Shown here: positions 18,996 through 26,846 of the stretch, piece after piece
Layout: each line of letters begins with the position of its first letter
Numbering within the stretch: the first letter of the stretch is position 1
Position numbers and translations under genes: made by a program
The notes under the pieces: generated by a model
The model's database searches: none
What the model was told of the DNA's origin: nothing
What the model saw: only the letters and a program-made list of their open reading frames with translations
IMG/VR virus record: IMGVR_UViG_3300036987_000515
Location: 1-37,052 of that record
Strand: one strand, 5' to 3'
DNA length: 37,052 bases
Source: a virus
Lineage: Duplodnaviria > Caudoviricetes

Positions 18996-20666
18996 TTACC
19001 GTCCATGATCGAAAACCCCCGACCGGGATCCCACACCCTCGATCTTCCCCGACCACGCCGGAACCCCGCGCGCAAGCAGCACGCTCAACGTCAGGAACGC
19101 GTCGGGGCCGTGATCGTTCTTCTTCACGATCCGCCCGTCCACGCCGGTGTGCCACCCAAGGCACTGGTCAAAAAACTTCTTATGCCCCTCGGACCCGAAC
19201 CGGTATTTCCCGTCCTGGCCAACCGGATCCTTCCCATGCAGGATCTCGCCCGGGATCGCCATCTGCCCACGCTCCACGACACCCTTCACCCACCGGACAC
19301 CAAAATCCTTAAGCTGGGCAAACGGTACCTCGCTCACCTGGAAACCCCACGATCGCACGTGCTCATTCTCCCGCTTGTGGCTTGCGTCGGCAGTCACCCG
19401 CCAGACCCCGTACGCCTGGCGTAAATGGCGGAACCGTTCCTCCAGCTCTTCGATCAGCTCATGCCGCGAGAACTGCACTTCCAGCACCGCCAGCCGGTTG
19501 CGCTGTTGCTGAACCGCCGCGATCACTGACCAGTTCCAACCCCAGTCCACGCACGCCAACACCTCGCCACCGGCCTCATACCCCGCATCCGGATCCAGGC
19601 ACCGCTCAAGCAGCGCACCCGACAACACCGCGCTGCCAGCCGCGCGGTTGCGGCCGAAGATCTCTACCTCGTCACTCGTTCGGCACTGGCTCTCCCGAAC
19701 CTCCTCGAACAGCGAATCCATCGTCTTGTGCCCCGGACGGTGAAGCTTTGCCCGCCCCTCGCACATCGCCGGCTCATGCGCAGGAAAGTCGTTCGCCCGC
19801 TTCCAATCCTCCCACCCCGCCAGGCTCGACCGCGTAACCGCCGGCAACACCACCCCCGCCTGCCCACCCGTTCCCCTGCGAATCGCCTTCGCACCGAAAA
19901 GCGGACCCGCAAAATAGTATCCCATCGGGCACCGCGAACAGTCATGCCCGCACCGCTCCGCGACGTCGATGATGTCGAACTTGATCAGCTTCGCGGCAAA
20001 CCGCCCGGGGTTGCTTGTCACCTGGCGAAACCGCCCTCCCACCTTGTGTGCCGTGCTCGACCGGACCCGCTTGCGCGGCTGAGCCGTGTTGATCACGAAC
20101 CGCATCGCGTCAACGATCTCATCCGGGATCTCGGCTTCCTCATCCGTGTAACAGCAGCCCCCATGCGCAACGTATCCCATCTCCCGGTGGGGATCCCCCG
20201 CGTGCGGACCGCGGACCCGCTTCCCCGAACACGCCGCAATCTTGTACCAGTTTCCCCAACGCGTCGTCGCCGCGGTCTTCAGGTCGTCCTCCACAAACTC
20301 CTCGAACCGTGGCTGTCCCGTCAGAAACTCGCTGATATAGCGGAAACCGTTCTTCGCCTGCTCCTCGCTGCCCCCGAGGTGAAATACATCGTCGCGCCGG
20401 AACAGGAACCGACAGCCCAGCGCAAGCGTGATCAGGAACGTCTTCCCGCCCCCGCGAGGGCCCTCAACTACCACGTGAGGCCACTCGTCCCCGTAGACGG
20501 CATCGAACACCTCGGCAGCCGTCTCCGAGAAGATCACTCCCATCTCCTCGAGCAACGGCTTCGGATCCCCCACCCAGCGCGCCAGGAGATCATCCGTCGC
20601 ACCATCCAGCAACGCCCGGATAATGTCCGTGCCACGCCGCCCGTTTATCGCTCCATTCCGTGCCAT
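18996..20666 (-). CDS. terL: Terminase large subunit
   Basis: Walker A GPRGGGKT, Walker B YTDEEAE, nuclease VDWG..DHGPDA. Confidence 0.92.
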   Translation of the reverse strand: MARNGAINGRRGTDIIRALLDGATDDLLARWVGDPKPLLEEMGVIFSETAAEVFDAVYGDEWPHVVVEGPRGGGKTFLITLALGCRFLFRRDDVFHLGGSEEQAKNGFRYISEFLTGQPRFEEFVEDDLKTAATTRWGNWYKIAACSGKRVRGPHAGDPHREMGYVAHGGCCYTDEEAEIPDEIVDAMRFVINTAQPRKRVRSSTAHKVGGRFRQVTSNPGRFAAKLIKFDIIDVAERCGHDCSRCPMGYYFAGPLFGAKAIRRGTGGQAGVVLPAVTRSSLAGWEDWKRANDFPAHEPAMCEGRAKLHRPGHKTMDSLFEEVRESQCRTSDEVEIFGRNRAAGSAVLSGALLERCLDPDAGYEAGGEVLACVDWGWNWSVIAAVQQQRNRLAVLEVQFSRHELIEELEERFRHLRQAYGVWRVTADASHKRENEHVRSWGFQVSEVPFAQLKDFGVRWVKGVVERGQMAIPGEILHGKDPVGQDGKYRFGSEGHKKFFDQCLGWHTGVDGRIVKKNDHGPDAFLTLSVLLARGVPAWSGKIEGVGSRSGVFDHGR

Positions 20667-21226
20667 CAGCCCGATTTCTTCCCGTCTCCCCCAAGCCGCT
20701 CCTCGACCGCCTCGCGCAACTCCGTCCGGTGACGCCGCAAGAGCGGCCCGATCACCTTGTGCCCGCGCAACGCCTCCATCAGCGCTGTCACCTGCTCATC
20801 GCTCGAAATTACCAGCGGACCGTCATGCTTCAGCTTCGGATGGGCGCCCGTGTACCACAGCAGATCCTCGCAAAGCCCCCGGTACTGCGCGATCTCCATG
20901 AAGTTCAAATGCCCCCGCGCGTCCAGCGCCCGCTGGATCCTCCGAAGGTTCATGATCACCTGTGGCAATAAACCGCGCGAATCCGCCTCCACCCGCGTCA
21001 CCAGCGCCAGGTACTCGGCACGCGAATCCCGCCAGCCGTTCTCACGAGCAAGTCGATCTACCATCGCCTGCGACACCGCCGGCCACTCGGGACGCATCAG
21101 ACGCGCGATCCGCGCCGCGCTCATCCCATCCAGCCAGTGCCCGAACGCCGTCCGCACGAACTCCGGGTTTTCTGTCAGCCGTTGCGCCGGCGCCGCCATC
21201 GCTTTAGCCTTCCGGGCCATCGCCAT
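20666..21226 (-). CDS. Putative terminase small subunit
   Basis: N-terminal HTH (GMSAARIARL..VSQAMVDRLARENGW), coupled to terL. Confidence 0.7.
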   Translation of the reverse strand: MAMARKAKAMAAPAQRLTENPEFVRTAFGHWLDGMSAARIARLMRPEWPAVSQAMVDRLARENGWRDSRAEYLALVTRVEADSRGLLPQVIMNLRRIQRALDARGHLNFMEIAQYRGLCEDLLWYTGAHPKLKHDGPLVISSDEQVTALMEALRGHKVIGPLLRRHRTELREAVEERLGGDGKKSG

Positions 21227-21593
21227 CGCCCTCCCGCTGACATCCCGTCCGGTCCAGAACCTCACGGCACCGCTCAAGCTCCGCCACCCGGGCCTCGCTC
21301 CGGTGAAGCTCGATCCGCAACTGCGCATTCTCCACCGTCAGCTTCACGATCTTCTCCTCCAGCTCGTGCATCCGCTTCCAGGCCGACGTCAGGTCCGTCT
21401 TCAACGCGTTGATCTCCTGGCGAAGGCTCTGCCGAAACTCGCTCTGCTCGCGGATCAGATCCTCGCGCTGCTTCTGCAGCGCAGACTCGATATCCCGGCC
21501 GCGCCCACGCAGATAATCGAACACCGATTTGCAGCCGATCCCGACCGCGCCGGCAAGCCCCGCGATCGTAGTCTCCCTAAAATCCATCGCCAT
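21204..21593 (-). CDS. Membrane-anchored coiled-coil protein (lysis region)
   Basis: Hydrophobic N-terminus then heptad repeats; RBS GAGGAG. Confidence 0.65.
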   Translation of the reverse strand: MAMDFRETTIAGLAGAVGIGCKSVFDYLRGRGRDIESALQKQREDLIREQSEFRQSLRQEINALKTDLTSAWKRMHELEEKIVKLTVENAQLRIELHRSEARVAELERCREVLDRTGCQREGDGDGPEG

Positions 21594-21648
21594 CTCCTCA
21601 CCTGTCCACCCGGCCCGTCGGCCCGTGCTTTTCGTTGTCCGTCCATCC

Positions 21649-22590
21649 TCAAACACCATAGGCCAGCATACGATATGTCCGCCCATGCACCACACCGATC
21701 CCGTTCACGATCGCACCCTTGCGCGACCGCACATCCTCGCGCAGCCGAACCGGTCGCCCCGACGACGCCATACGGTCCAGGACACGCCGGATCACCATCC
21801 AAGCCTTCTCCCGTTCCGATAGCAGCCGGTTCCCCCCGAACAGATCCGCCAGTTCGCCGACAGCCGACGAACCCAAACCCCCGTTCTGAACCGCAAGATC
21901 GAACATCAACAGCCGGATCCGTAGATTGGCAGACACGCCGAATAGCCGCGCGCAATCGTCCTGCGATCTGTCCCAATACCGCTTGCGCGCCAGCCCGCAC
22001 TGCAAGTCGATCATCGCCGGCTCGTCGCCCAGGGCGCGGAGAAAACGGCTCACGCAACCCCTGACCCGCCCACCCTCCAGCGCAAAACGCCCGAAGTCCC
22101 CACGCAAGGAAACCCGGTCCATTGCCTTGATCAGGACATCCCGGTCTGCACCGCTCTCGTCGAGACAGAGTCCAAACTCCGCAGGAGCCCGGTCGCGCAT
22201 CTGCCGCGCCAAATCCTGAAGCTCCCCGTTGTAACTCGTGAAACCCACGATCCCATAGGTGACACCCGCGTCATCTCCCGTGTTCGCCGGCCCGCACGCC
22301 CCCCCGAAACCCGTCCCCTCAAACTCCGATACCACGTTCAACGACCGCTCAAATTCGTCAGGCCAGGGAACCTGCAGCGCCTCGAACTCAGGCTGTCCCG
22401 CCTGACCGTCCCCGGGAAGCCCCACCCGCCTTTGTGCCTCGCATATTGCCGACGCTGTCTTGCCCCCGAAGTCCCCGTCCACCGTCAGCCCGGCACCCGT
22501 CCGCGCATTCAACGTATCCTGCAACCGCCTCACGACAAAACCGCTGCTGCCCCTTCCATACGCCAGGTCAATCCGTTGCGTTTCCGACAT
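21649..22590 (-). CDS. Endolysin: peptidoglycan-binding domain plus lysozyme/chitosanase-like domain
   Basis: GSSGFVVRRLQDTL..VDGDFGGKT..Q..GLPGDG; SEFEG..GDDAGVTYGIVGFT. Confidence 0.88.
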   Translation of the reverse strand: MSETQRIDLAYGRGSSGFVVRRLQDTLNARTGAGLTVDGDFGGKTASAICEAQRRVGLPGDGQAGQPEFEALQVPWPDEFERSLNVVSEFEGTGFGGACGPANTGDDAGVTYGIVGFTSYNGELQDLARQMRDRAPAEFGLCLDESGADRDVLIKAMDRVSLRGDFGRFALEGGRVRGCVSRFLRALGDEPAMIDLQCGLARKRYWDRSQDDCARLFGVSANLRIRLLMFDLAVQNGGLGSSAVGELADLFGGNRLLSEREKAWMVIRRVLDRMASSGRPVRLREDVRSRKGAIVNGIGVVHGRTYRMLAYGV

Positions 22591-22803
22591 CTCGACACCC
22601 CTTAAATGATCAATGCGCGAGGCCAGATCGCCCCGCGCATCGACCCTCTCAAACCACCCAGGCCCCCGTCCCTTGATTATCCCTGCAATTTCGCTGCCTT
22701 ATCTCTTGCCCCGCCCACGTCGTTCAATACGGTCATCCATTTGTCCATGATTTCAATACGGTCAATCATGTCCATCCCAGCCGGACTCGGACTCTCGTCC
22801 GAA

Positions 22804-23190
22804 TCAATTCCTGCTCGGATGCGCCTGCCGCCGCAAAAGCGCCACGCGTTCATCCTCAAGCTTCAAACGCCTGCGATGATAACTCGCCTGGTTGTTCAAC
22901 CCGAACCAGCCAAGCACCGTCAGCACCGCCGCCGTCACGTACTGACCCCACGTAAATTCCGGAGTCGCATATTTCACCAGGGCTTCACCGATGATCAAAA
23001 CCAGCGCGCCAATGTTCTGCGGAGTCAGCCATTCCAGCCCCACGCTCCCGAACCCGCGAAACCTCAGACGCTTCCGCAGAATCCCGCCGCCTCCACCCAG
23101 CGCCAGGACCAGCAGCGGGAACGGCAAAAACATGAACCCCACCAGCAAAACCCCCACAATCAGCCCCCCCGCCAACTCGATCAGTCCCAT
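22804..23190 (-). CDS. Putative holin
   Basis: 3-4 hydrophobic segments, basic C-terminus, upstream of endolysin. Confidence 0.6.
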   Translation of the reverse strand: MGLIELAGGLIVGVLLVGFMFLPFPLLVLALGGGGGILRKRLRFRGFGSVGLEWLTPQNIGALVLIIGEALVKYATPEFTWGQYVTAAVLTVLGWFGLNNQASYHRRRLKLEDERVALLRRQAHPSRN

Positions 23191-23238
23191 CTGCTTTTCT
23201 CCTGCATTTTCTCTGCCCGCCCGGCAAAACCTGCCCCC

Positions 23239-23278
23239 AAAAATCGGAAACGGGAGGCGGCCGCCGCGCCACCTCCCG
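23239..23278 (-). terminator. Terminator-like hairpin T2 before holin
   Basis: CGGGAGGTGG..CCGCCTCCCG then TTTCCGATTTTT. Confidence 0.5.
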
Positions 23279-23372
23279 CCGGTCCCGAATCACGGTGCCT
23301 GCGCACCGGTCGCTGCCTCAGCCCTGCAATCTGTATTTTCATCGCTCGAACTCGTCTGGCCTCAGCGTCGGG

Positions 23373-23417
23373 AAAAAACTTGACGCGGGCAGCGGTGGGG
23401 GAGTACCGCCGCCCGCG
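23373..23417 (-). terminator. Intrinsic terminator T1 after lipoprotein gene
   Basis: 13-bp stem CGCGGGCGGCGGT/ACCGCTGCCCGCG then TCAAG-T6. Confidence 0.7.
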
Positions 23418-23454
23418 AGTCCCCGGACCCCCATAGGTGTCCCGGGGAGAACCT

Positions 23455-23604
23455 TTACTTGGCTACCGGACACGCGGATGGCGTAACCACCACCCGGGCA
23501 TCGGCAGGCTTCCCGGCATCGCCGCCGCCAAGCCACGAACAACCCGCCAGCGCGAAGATCGCCAGAACCGCCACGATCAAAACCATGATTCCCACGTGTT
23601 TCAT
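23455..23604 (-). CDS. 49-aa lipoprotein
   Basis: MKHVGIMVLIVAVLAIFALAG-C lipobox; RBS GAGGAGG. Confidence 0.75.
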   Translation of the reverse strand: MKHVGIMVLIVAVLAIFALAGCSWLGGGDAGKPADARVVVTPSACPVAK

Positions 23605-23643
23605 GCGTCCAATGCCTCCTCGCCCCAAACCCCGGAAATTTTC

Positions 23644-23688
23644 AACGGGAGGCTCCGCCGGGCGGGGCGTCAAGCGGAGCCCCCGTTT
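23644..23688 (-). promoter_or_regulatory. Leader hairpin with 15-nt loop
   Basis: AACGGGGGCTCCGC / TTGACGCCCCGCCCG / GCGGAGCCTCCCGTT. Confidence 0.65.
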
Positions 23689-23837
23689 CCACTTGGAAGA
23701 TGCCGTCGGGCGTCTCCCGCGTGTCCCGCACATACCTGCCCCCCTCCCACCCCCAAACGCAAACCGCCGCGCACACGTTGGCACAAAATGAGAAGCCGAC
23801 CGGACCCTCCCAAAAACCCCAATTCAACCCAAAAAAC

Positions 23838-23949
23838 GGCTTGTGTGACATGTCACACAAACGCTAACTATAGCAATCACAACACTCAATGGGCTTATTC
23901 GTTCACATGGCAACAGTTTTTTGCCCCAGTGTGACATGTCACACAAGCC
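23838..23949 (-). promoter_or_regulatory. Candidate late promoter flanked by two palindromic operators
   Basis: TTGTGTGACATGTCACACAA (23841-23860) and GTGTGACATGTCACAC (23929-23944); extended -10 TGCTATAGT at 23875-23867. Confidence 0.7.
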
Positions 23950-24083
23950 CGTTCCGCCCCCGGATTCGCACCCTCCGGAATCGTCCATGCCAGTCCGTAT
24001 CCTTCCATGTGGGTCCATGTTCGTCCACCCCACCAGTCGCCGTCAGATCACCGCTGCCGCCAGGAACCATACCCCTGGCCTCA

Positions 24084-24917
24084 TCACCACTTGTCAGGGA
24101 TCGCGATCCCCGACCATGCGCTATAAGCCCCAAGCTCTTCACCGGATTGCGCGTCCAGCAGTTTCACATGCTTGTAACACGTCTTGGCCTCGAAGTACCG
24201 CGCGCAATGAACCACCGCACCTCGCTTCGTATCCAGATCGATCATCCGCCAGATCAGTCGGGAAATCTGTACTTCCCGCCGGTCAAGGTCTACCCGGTGA
24301 ACCAGCCCCAGCCGTTTCAACCCTTCCATCGCGCCGGTTGAATCATCCCAATTGATCGGACCGCCACTACTCACCGCCATTCCCCCCACCTTCCCGACCC
24401 GCGCCGCCAACGCCTCCGACTCCAGCGAAGCGCTTCCATTGCGTTGCTTCAACGGGCGCAGATTCTTCGTGTCGAAACCCAGATAGATCGCCTCCAGCTT
24501 CCCACCCTTCCCAAACAAGAACAGCAGCCCGTGTTCTTCATACCCGCAGAACGTGCAGTCGGGCCAAGCCTCACCCACTTGCGGCAGGTCCGCCGTTTCA
24601 CCCGTCCCGTCCGGTTCGCCAAACGCCGCGACTACACTCGTCGATCTATCGCCCAGGGACACCCCGCCCAGCCGCGACAACTCCAGAACCTCTCCATCCG
24701 TCGGCTTCGCGATTCCATTAAGCGCATCCCGCAGATTCCTCCGCCCCCAGCCCGGCAATTTGGATTCCTGGGCAATCGCCTGAACGCTCGACGAGGGCGT
24801 CGCAGTTTCATAGACTCGCGCAACTTCCGTCATCATCGTCTGGCGTACCAGGCCCGCGTACCACAGGATGCCAAGCATTCCCAGGCTTCCAATAATGATG
24901 ATGCCTGCGCTTCTCAA
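24084..24917 (-). CDS. Membrane-anchored hypothetical protein coupled to repressor
   Basis: N-terminal hydrophobic segment; TTG start overlaps repressor stop. Confidence 0.7.
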   Translation of the reverse strand: MRSAGIIIIGSLGMLGILWYAGLVRQTMMTEVARVYETATPSSSVQAIAQESKLPGWGRRNLRDALNGIAKPTDGEVLELSRLGGVSLGDRSTSVVAAFGEPDGTGETADLPQVGEAWPDCTFCGYEEHGLLFLFGKGGKLEAIYLGFDTKNLRPLKQRNGSASLESEALAARVGKVGGMAVSSGGPINWDDSTGAMEGLKRLGLVHRVDLDRREVQISRLIWRMIDLDTKRGAVVHCARYFEAKTCYKHVKLLDAQSGEELGAYSAWSGIAIPDKW

Positions 24918-25483
24918 TGCTTTTCGCTCCTCAAAAATCCCAACGCCGCCAGGTAATCCTCAACCCCCTGGTCGCCATCCCGGTCCAGCCACTCCCGAAG
25001 CCGTTCAAATTCCGCCCCCGTAAGGTCCAATACCCGCTCTAAGTACCGTTCCTCTGTGATCAAACGCAAGAGATTCGTCCCCCGCAAATCCCCATCGTCC
25101 AGTTCCGCCCGCATCTGAACCCCCGGCAAATCGCTCTCCAGCCCATAACCAAACCGCCCCGCCGTCGCTCCTGAAGCCACCTCTGGTTCCTCTTCAACGC
25201 GGATCCCGTGTCGCTCCACATACAACGCCTCCCGCGCCCCGCCATCCAGCGTACCCACCAACGGCTCGCCATCACCCGTCAGAACCCAATTGATGTTGCA
25301 ACGCGTCGCAGCTTGAAGGCGCAACAAAAACTCGCGCGAAGGTTGCTGGTTCCCAATCTCGAGCACGCTAAGATATCCACGGGTAACATCAAGTTCTTGC
25401 GCGAAATCGCTCTGAGTTCTGTTTCCACGGAACTGTCGAATCCTCTCCCCAATAGCTCGATACCGCGCCACACCTGGCGGCAT
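24914..25483 (-). CDS. XRE-family HTH immunity repressor
   Basis: IGERIRQFRG..TQSDFAQELDVTRGYLSVLEIG..CNINWVLTG; divergent from ner; start 25483 or 25522. Confidence 0.9.
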   Translation of the reverse strand: MPPGVARYRAIGERIRQFRGNRTQSDFAQELDVTRGYLSVLEIGNQQPSREFLLRLQAATRCNINWVLTGDGEPLVGTLDGGAREALYVERHGIRVEEEPEVASGATAGRFGYGLESDLPGVQMRAELDDGDLRGTNLLRLITEERYLERVLDLTGAEFERLREWLDRDGDQGVEDYLAALGFLRSEKH

Positions 25484-25536
25484 TATCTTATTGCATTTTT
25501 CGCTTGACCGACGCCTTGGCATTATCTTATTGCATT
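25479..25536. promoter_or_regulatory. Two 19-bp direct repeats GGCATTATCTTATTGCATT (candidate operators)
   Basis: Exact copies at 25479-25497 and 25518-25536 with TTGACC between them. Confidence 0.8.
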
Positions 25537-25569
25537 CCCGTAAACGCCTTCACGGAGGTTTCAAAACCC

Positions 25570-25785
25570 ATGAATCCCAGAGAAATCAAAGCCAAGCTCA
25601 TTCTCCTTGGCAGACACCAGAGCTGCATCGCCAGGCAACTCGGAATCTCGCAAGCAGCAGTCTCTCTCACCGTCCACGGACACCGCCGAAACCCCCGTAT
25701 CCAACGCGCTATCGCGAAAGCGATCGGCGTGTCCGTCAACCAGGCCTTCCCGAAGAACCACCAGCGCGAGCGCATCGCAGCATGA
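25570..25785 (+). CDS. ner: Ner/Cro-like HTH regulator
   Basis: MNPREIKAKL..IARQLGISQAAVS..RIQRAIAKAIG..FP; RBS GGAGGT. Confidence 0.88.
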   Translation: MNPREIKAKLILLGRHQSCIARQLGISQAAVSLTVHGHRRNPRIQRAIAKAIGVSVNQAFPKNHQRERIAA

Positions 25786-25877
25786 TGCGCATTCAGCACT
25801 CAGAACAGACCGCAGGATGCACTGCTCCTGCCTCTGCCGCCCACGAAATGTCAACCGATTTGAAAGGATAACGCCGA

Positions 25878-26033
25878 ATGATCCTCATCCGCTCCTGCCC
25901 CGTCTGCGTCCTCGGATGGAAAACGAACTGGCTCGGAACACTCATTCGCTGCCGCTGCCACCAGCACCCATCCCGATTCTCCAGGATCAAGTCCAGGATC
26001 CTCGCAATCGCGAAAGGATACCAGAATGCCTGA
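25878..26033 (+). CDS. 51-aa Cys-rich protein (not in ORF track)
   Basis: MILIRSCPVCVLGWKTNWLGTLIRCRCH..; RBS GAAAGGA; stop overlaps next gene. Confidence 0.55.
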   Translation: MILIRSCPVCVLGWKTNWLGTLIRCRCHQHPSRFSRIKSRILAIAKGYQNA

Positions 26034-26424
26034 CTCCACCAAGCGCCCGCGCGGCCTCTTCAAAGCCAAAATCACGCTCCAACGCACCCACTTCGGTTTC
26101 TATCACCTGAAGCTCACTGGAATCGACGTGGCTAAGACCGACGGCATCGAATGCACGATCGTCGGAGAAGAGTTCCTAACCCCGGAACTGGCCCGAAATG
26201 ACCTCAAGGGATTCCGGGAGATCGCCGAACTGATCGCCGCCAGGACAAACCTGGTCCTCGCCATGACCATCGACGTCTCGGACGTCGAACCACGCCCGTC
26301 GATAACCGCCATCCAGACCCGATCGACGCACGACTCCGCGTCCGTGCCCGTCCGTGCCCGTCCGTGCCCGTCCATCGAGTTCATCGATTCTACCCCCTCC
26401 AGGAACGCGGGAGCGCCACGATGA
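26026..26424 (+). CDS. Hypothetical protein
   Basis: RBS GAAAGGA, ATGA coupling to next gene. Confidence 0.65.
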   Translation: MPDSTKRPRGLFKAKITLQRTHFGFYHLKLTGIDVAKTDGIECTIVGEEFLTPELARNDLKGFREIAELIAARTNLVLAMTIDVSDVEPRPSITAIQTRSTHDSASVPVRARPCPSIEFIDSTPSRNAGAPR

Positions 26425-26846
26425 AACGCCGCACGCCAATCACCGACCAGCTCGCCGACCCTAAGCCGTCACCATCCCCCATGATCGATTCCGTCTCGGA
26501 CGCAATCACCCTGATCGAGATCCTCGCCGATCCATTCCAGCCACGACGAATCCGCGACCTCGTCGCCATCGCACAGGACCGCGGACTCCCATGGTCCCAG
26601 ACCAAAATCTATAACCTCCTCTTCACCCTCAAAACACGCGGATGGATCGAGGAACACGACGACTATCACTTCCTCTCCCCGAAACTCCTCAACCTCATCC
26701 TCCGGTTCAACGACTACATCCGCTCCCAGGCCGAAAACCTCCACGCCCTCATCGACCAGGTCCACGACTCCGCAACCGGCCAGTCCGTGCCCCGTCCGTG
26801 TCCATCCATTCCAGCAATCCACAACCAGAAAGGAACCACCCCCTAA
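26421..26846 (+). CDS. IclR-like winged-HTH protein
   Basis: IDSVSDAITLIEILA..SQTKIYNLLFTLKTRGWIE..LSPKL. Confidence 0.75.
   Translation: MKRRTPITDQLADPKPSPSPMIDSVSDAITLIEILADPFQPRRIRDLVAIAQDRGLPWSQTKIYNLLFTLKTRGWIEEHDDYHFLSPKLLNLILRFNDYIRSQAENLHALIDQVHDSATGQSVPRPCPSIPAIHNQKGTTP

Noticed and set aside
22677-22859. Spanin or antiholin ORF
   Set aside because: No lipobox or TM segment; largely nonamer-repeat sequence
23339-23542. Frameshifted extension of the lipoprotein
   Set aside because: Alternative frame runs through two hairpins and T1; no slippery site
16316-23727. 7.4-kb invertible segment bounded by the 18-bp inverted repeat
   Set aside because: No recombinase in window and inversion would disconnect essential genes; not fully excluded without reads
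13295-26810. CRISPR array from short repeats
   Set aside because: Units are 7-10 bp, tandem, without spacers; no cas genes
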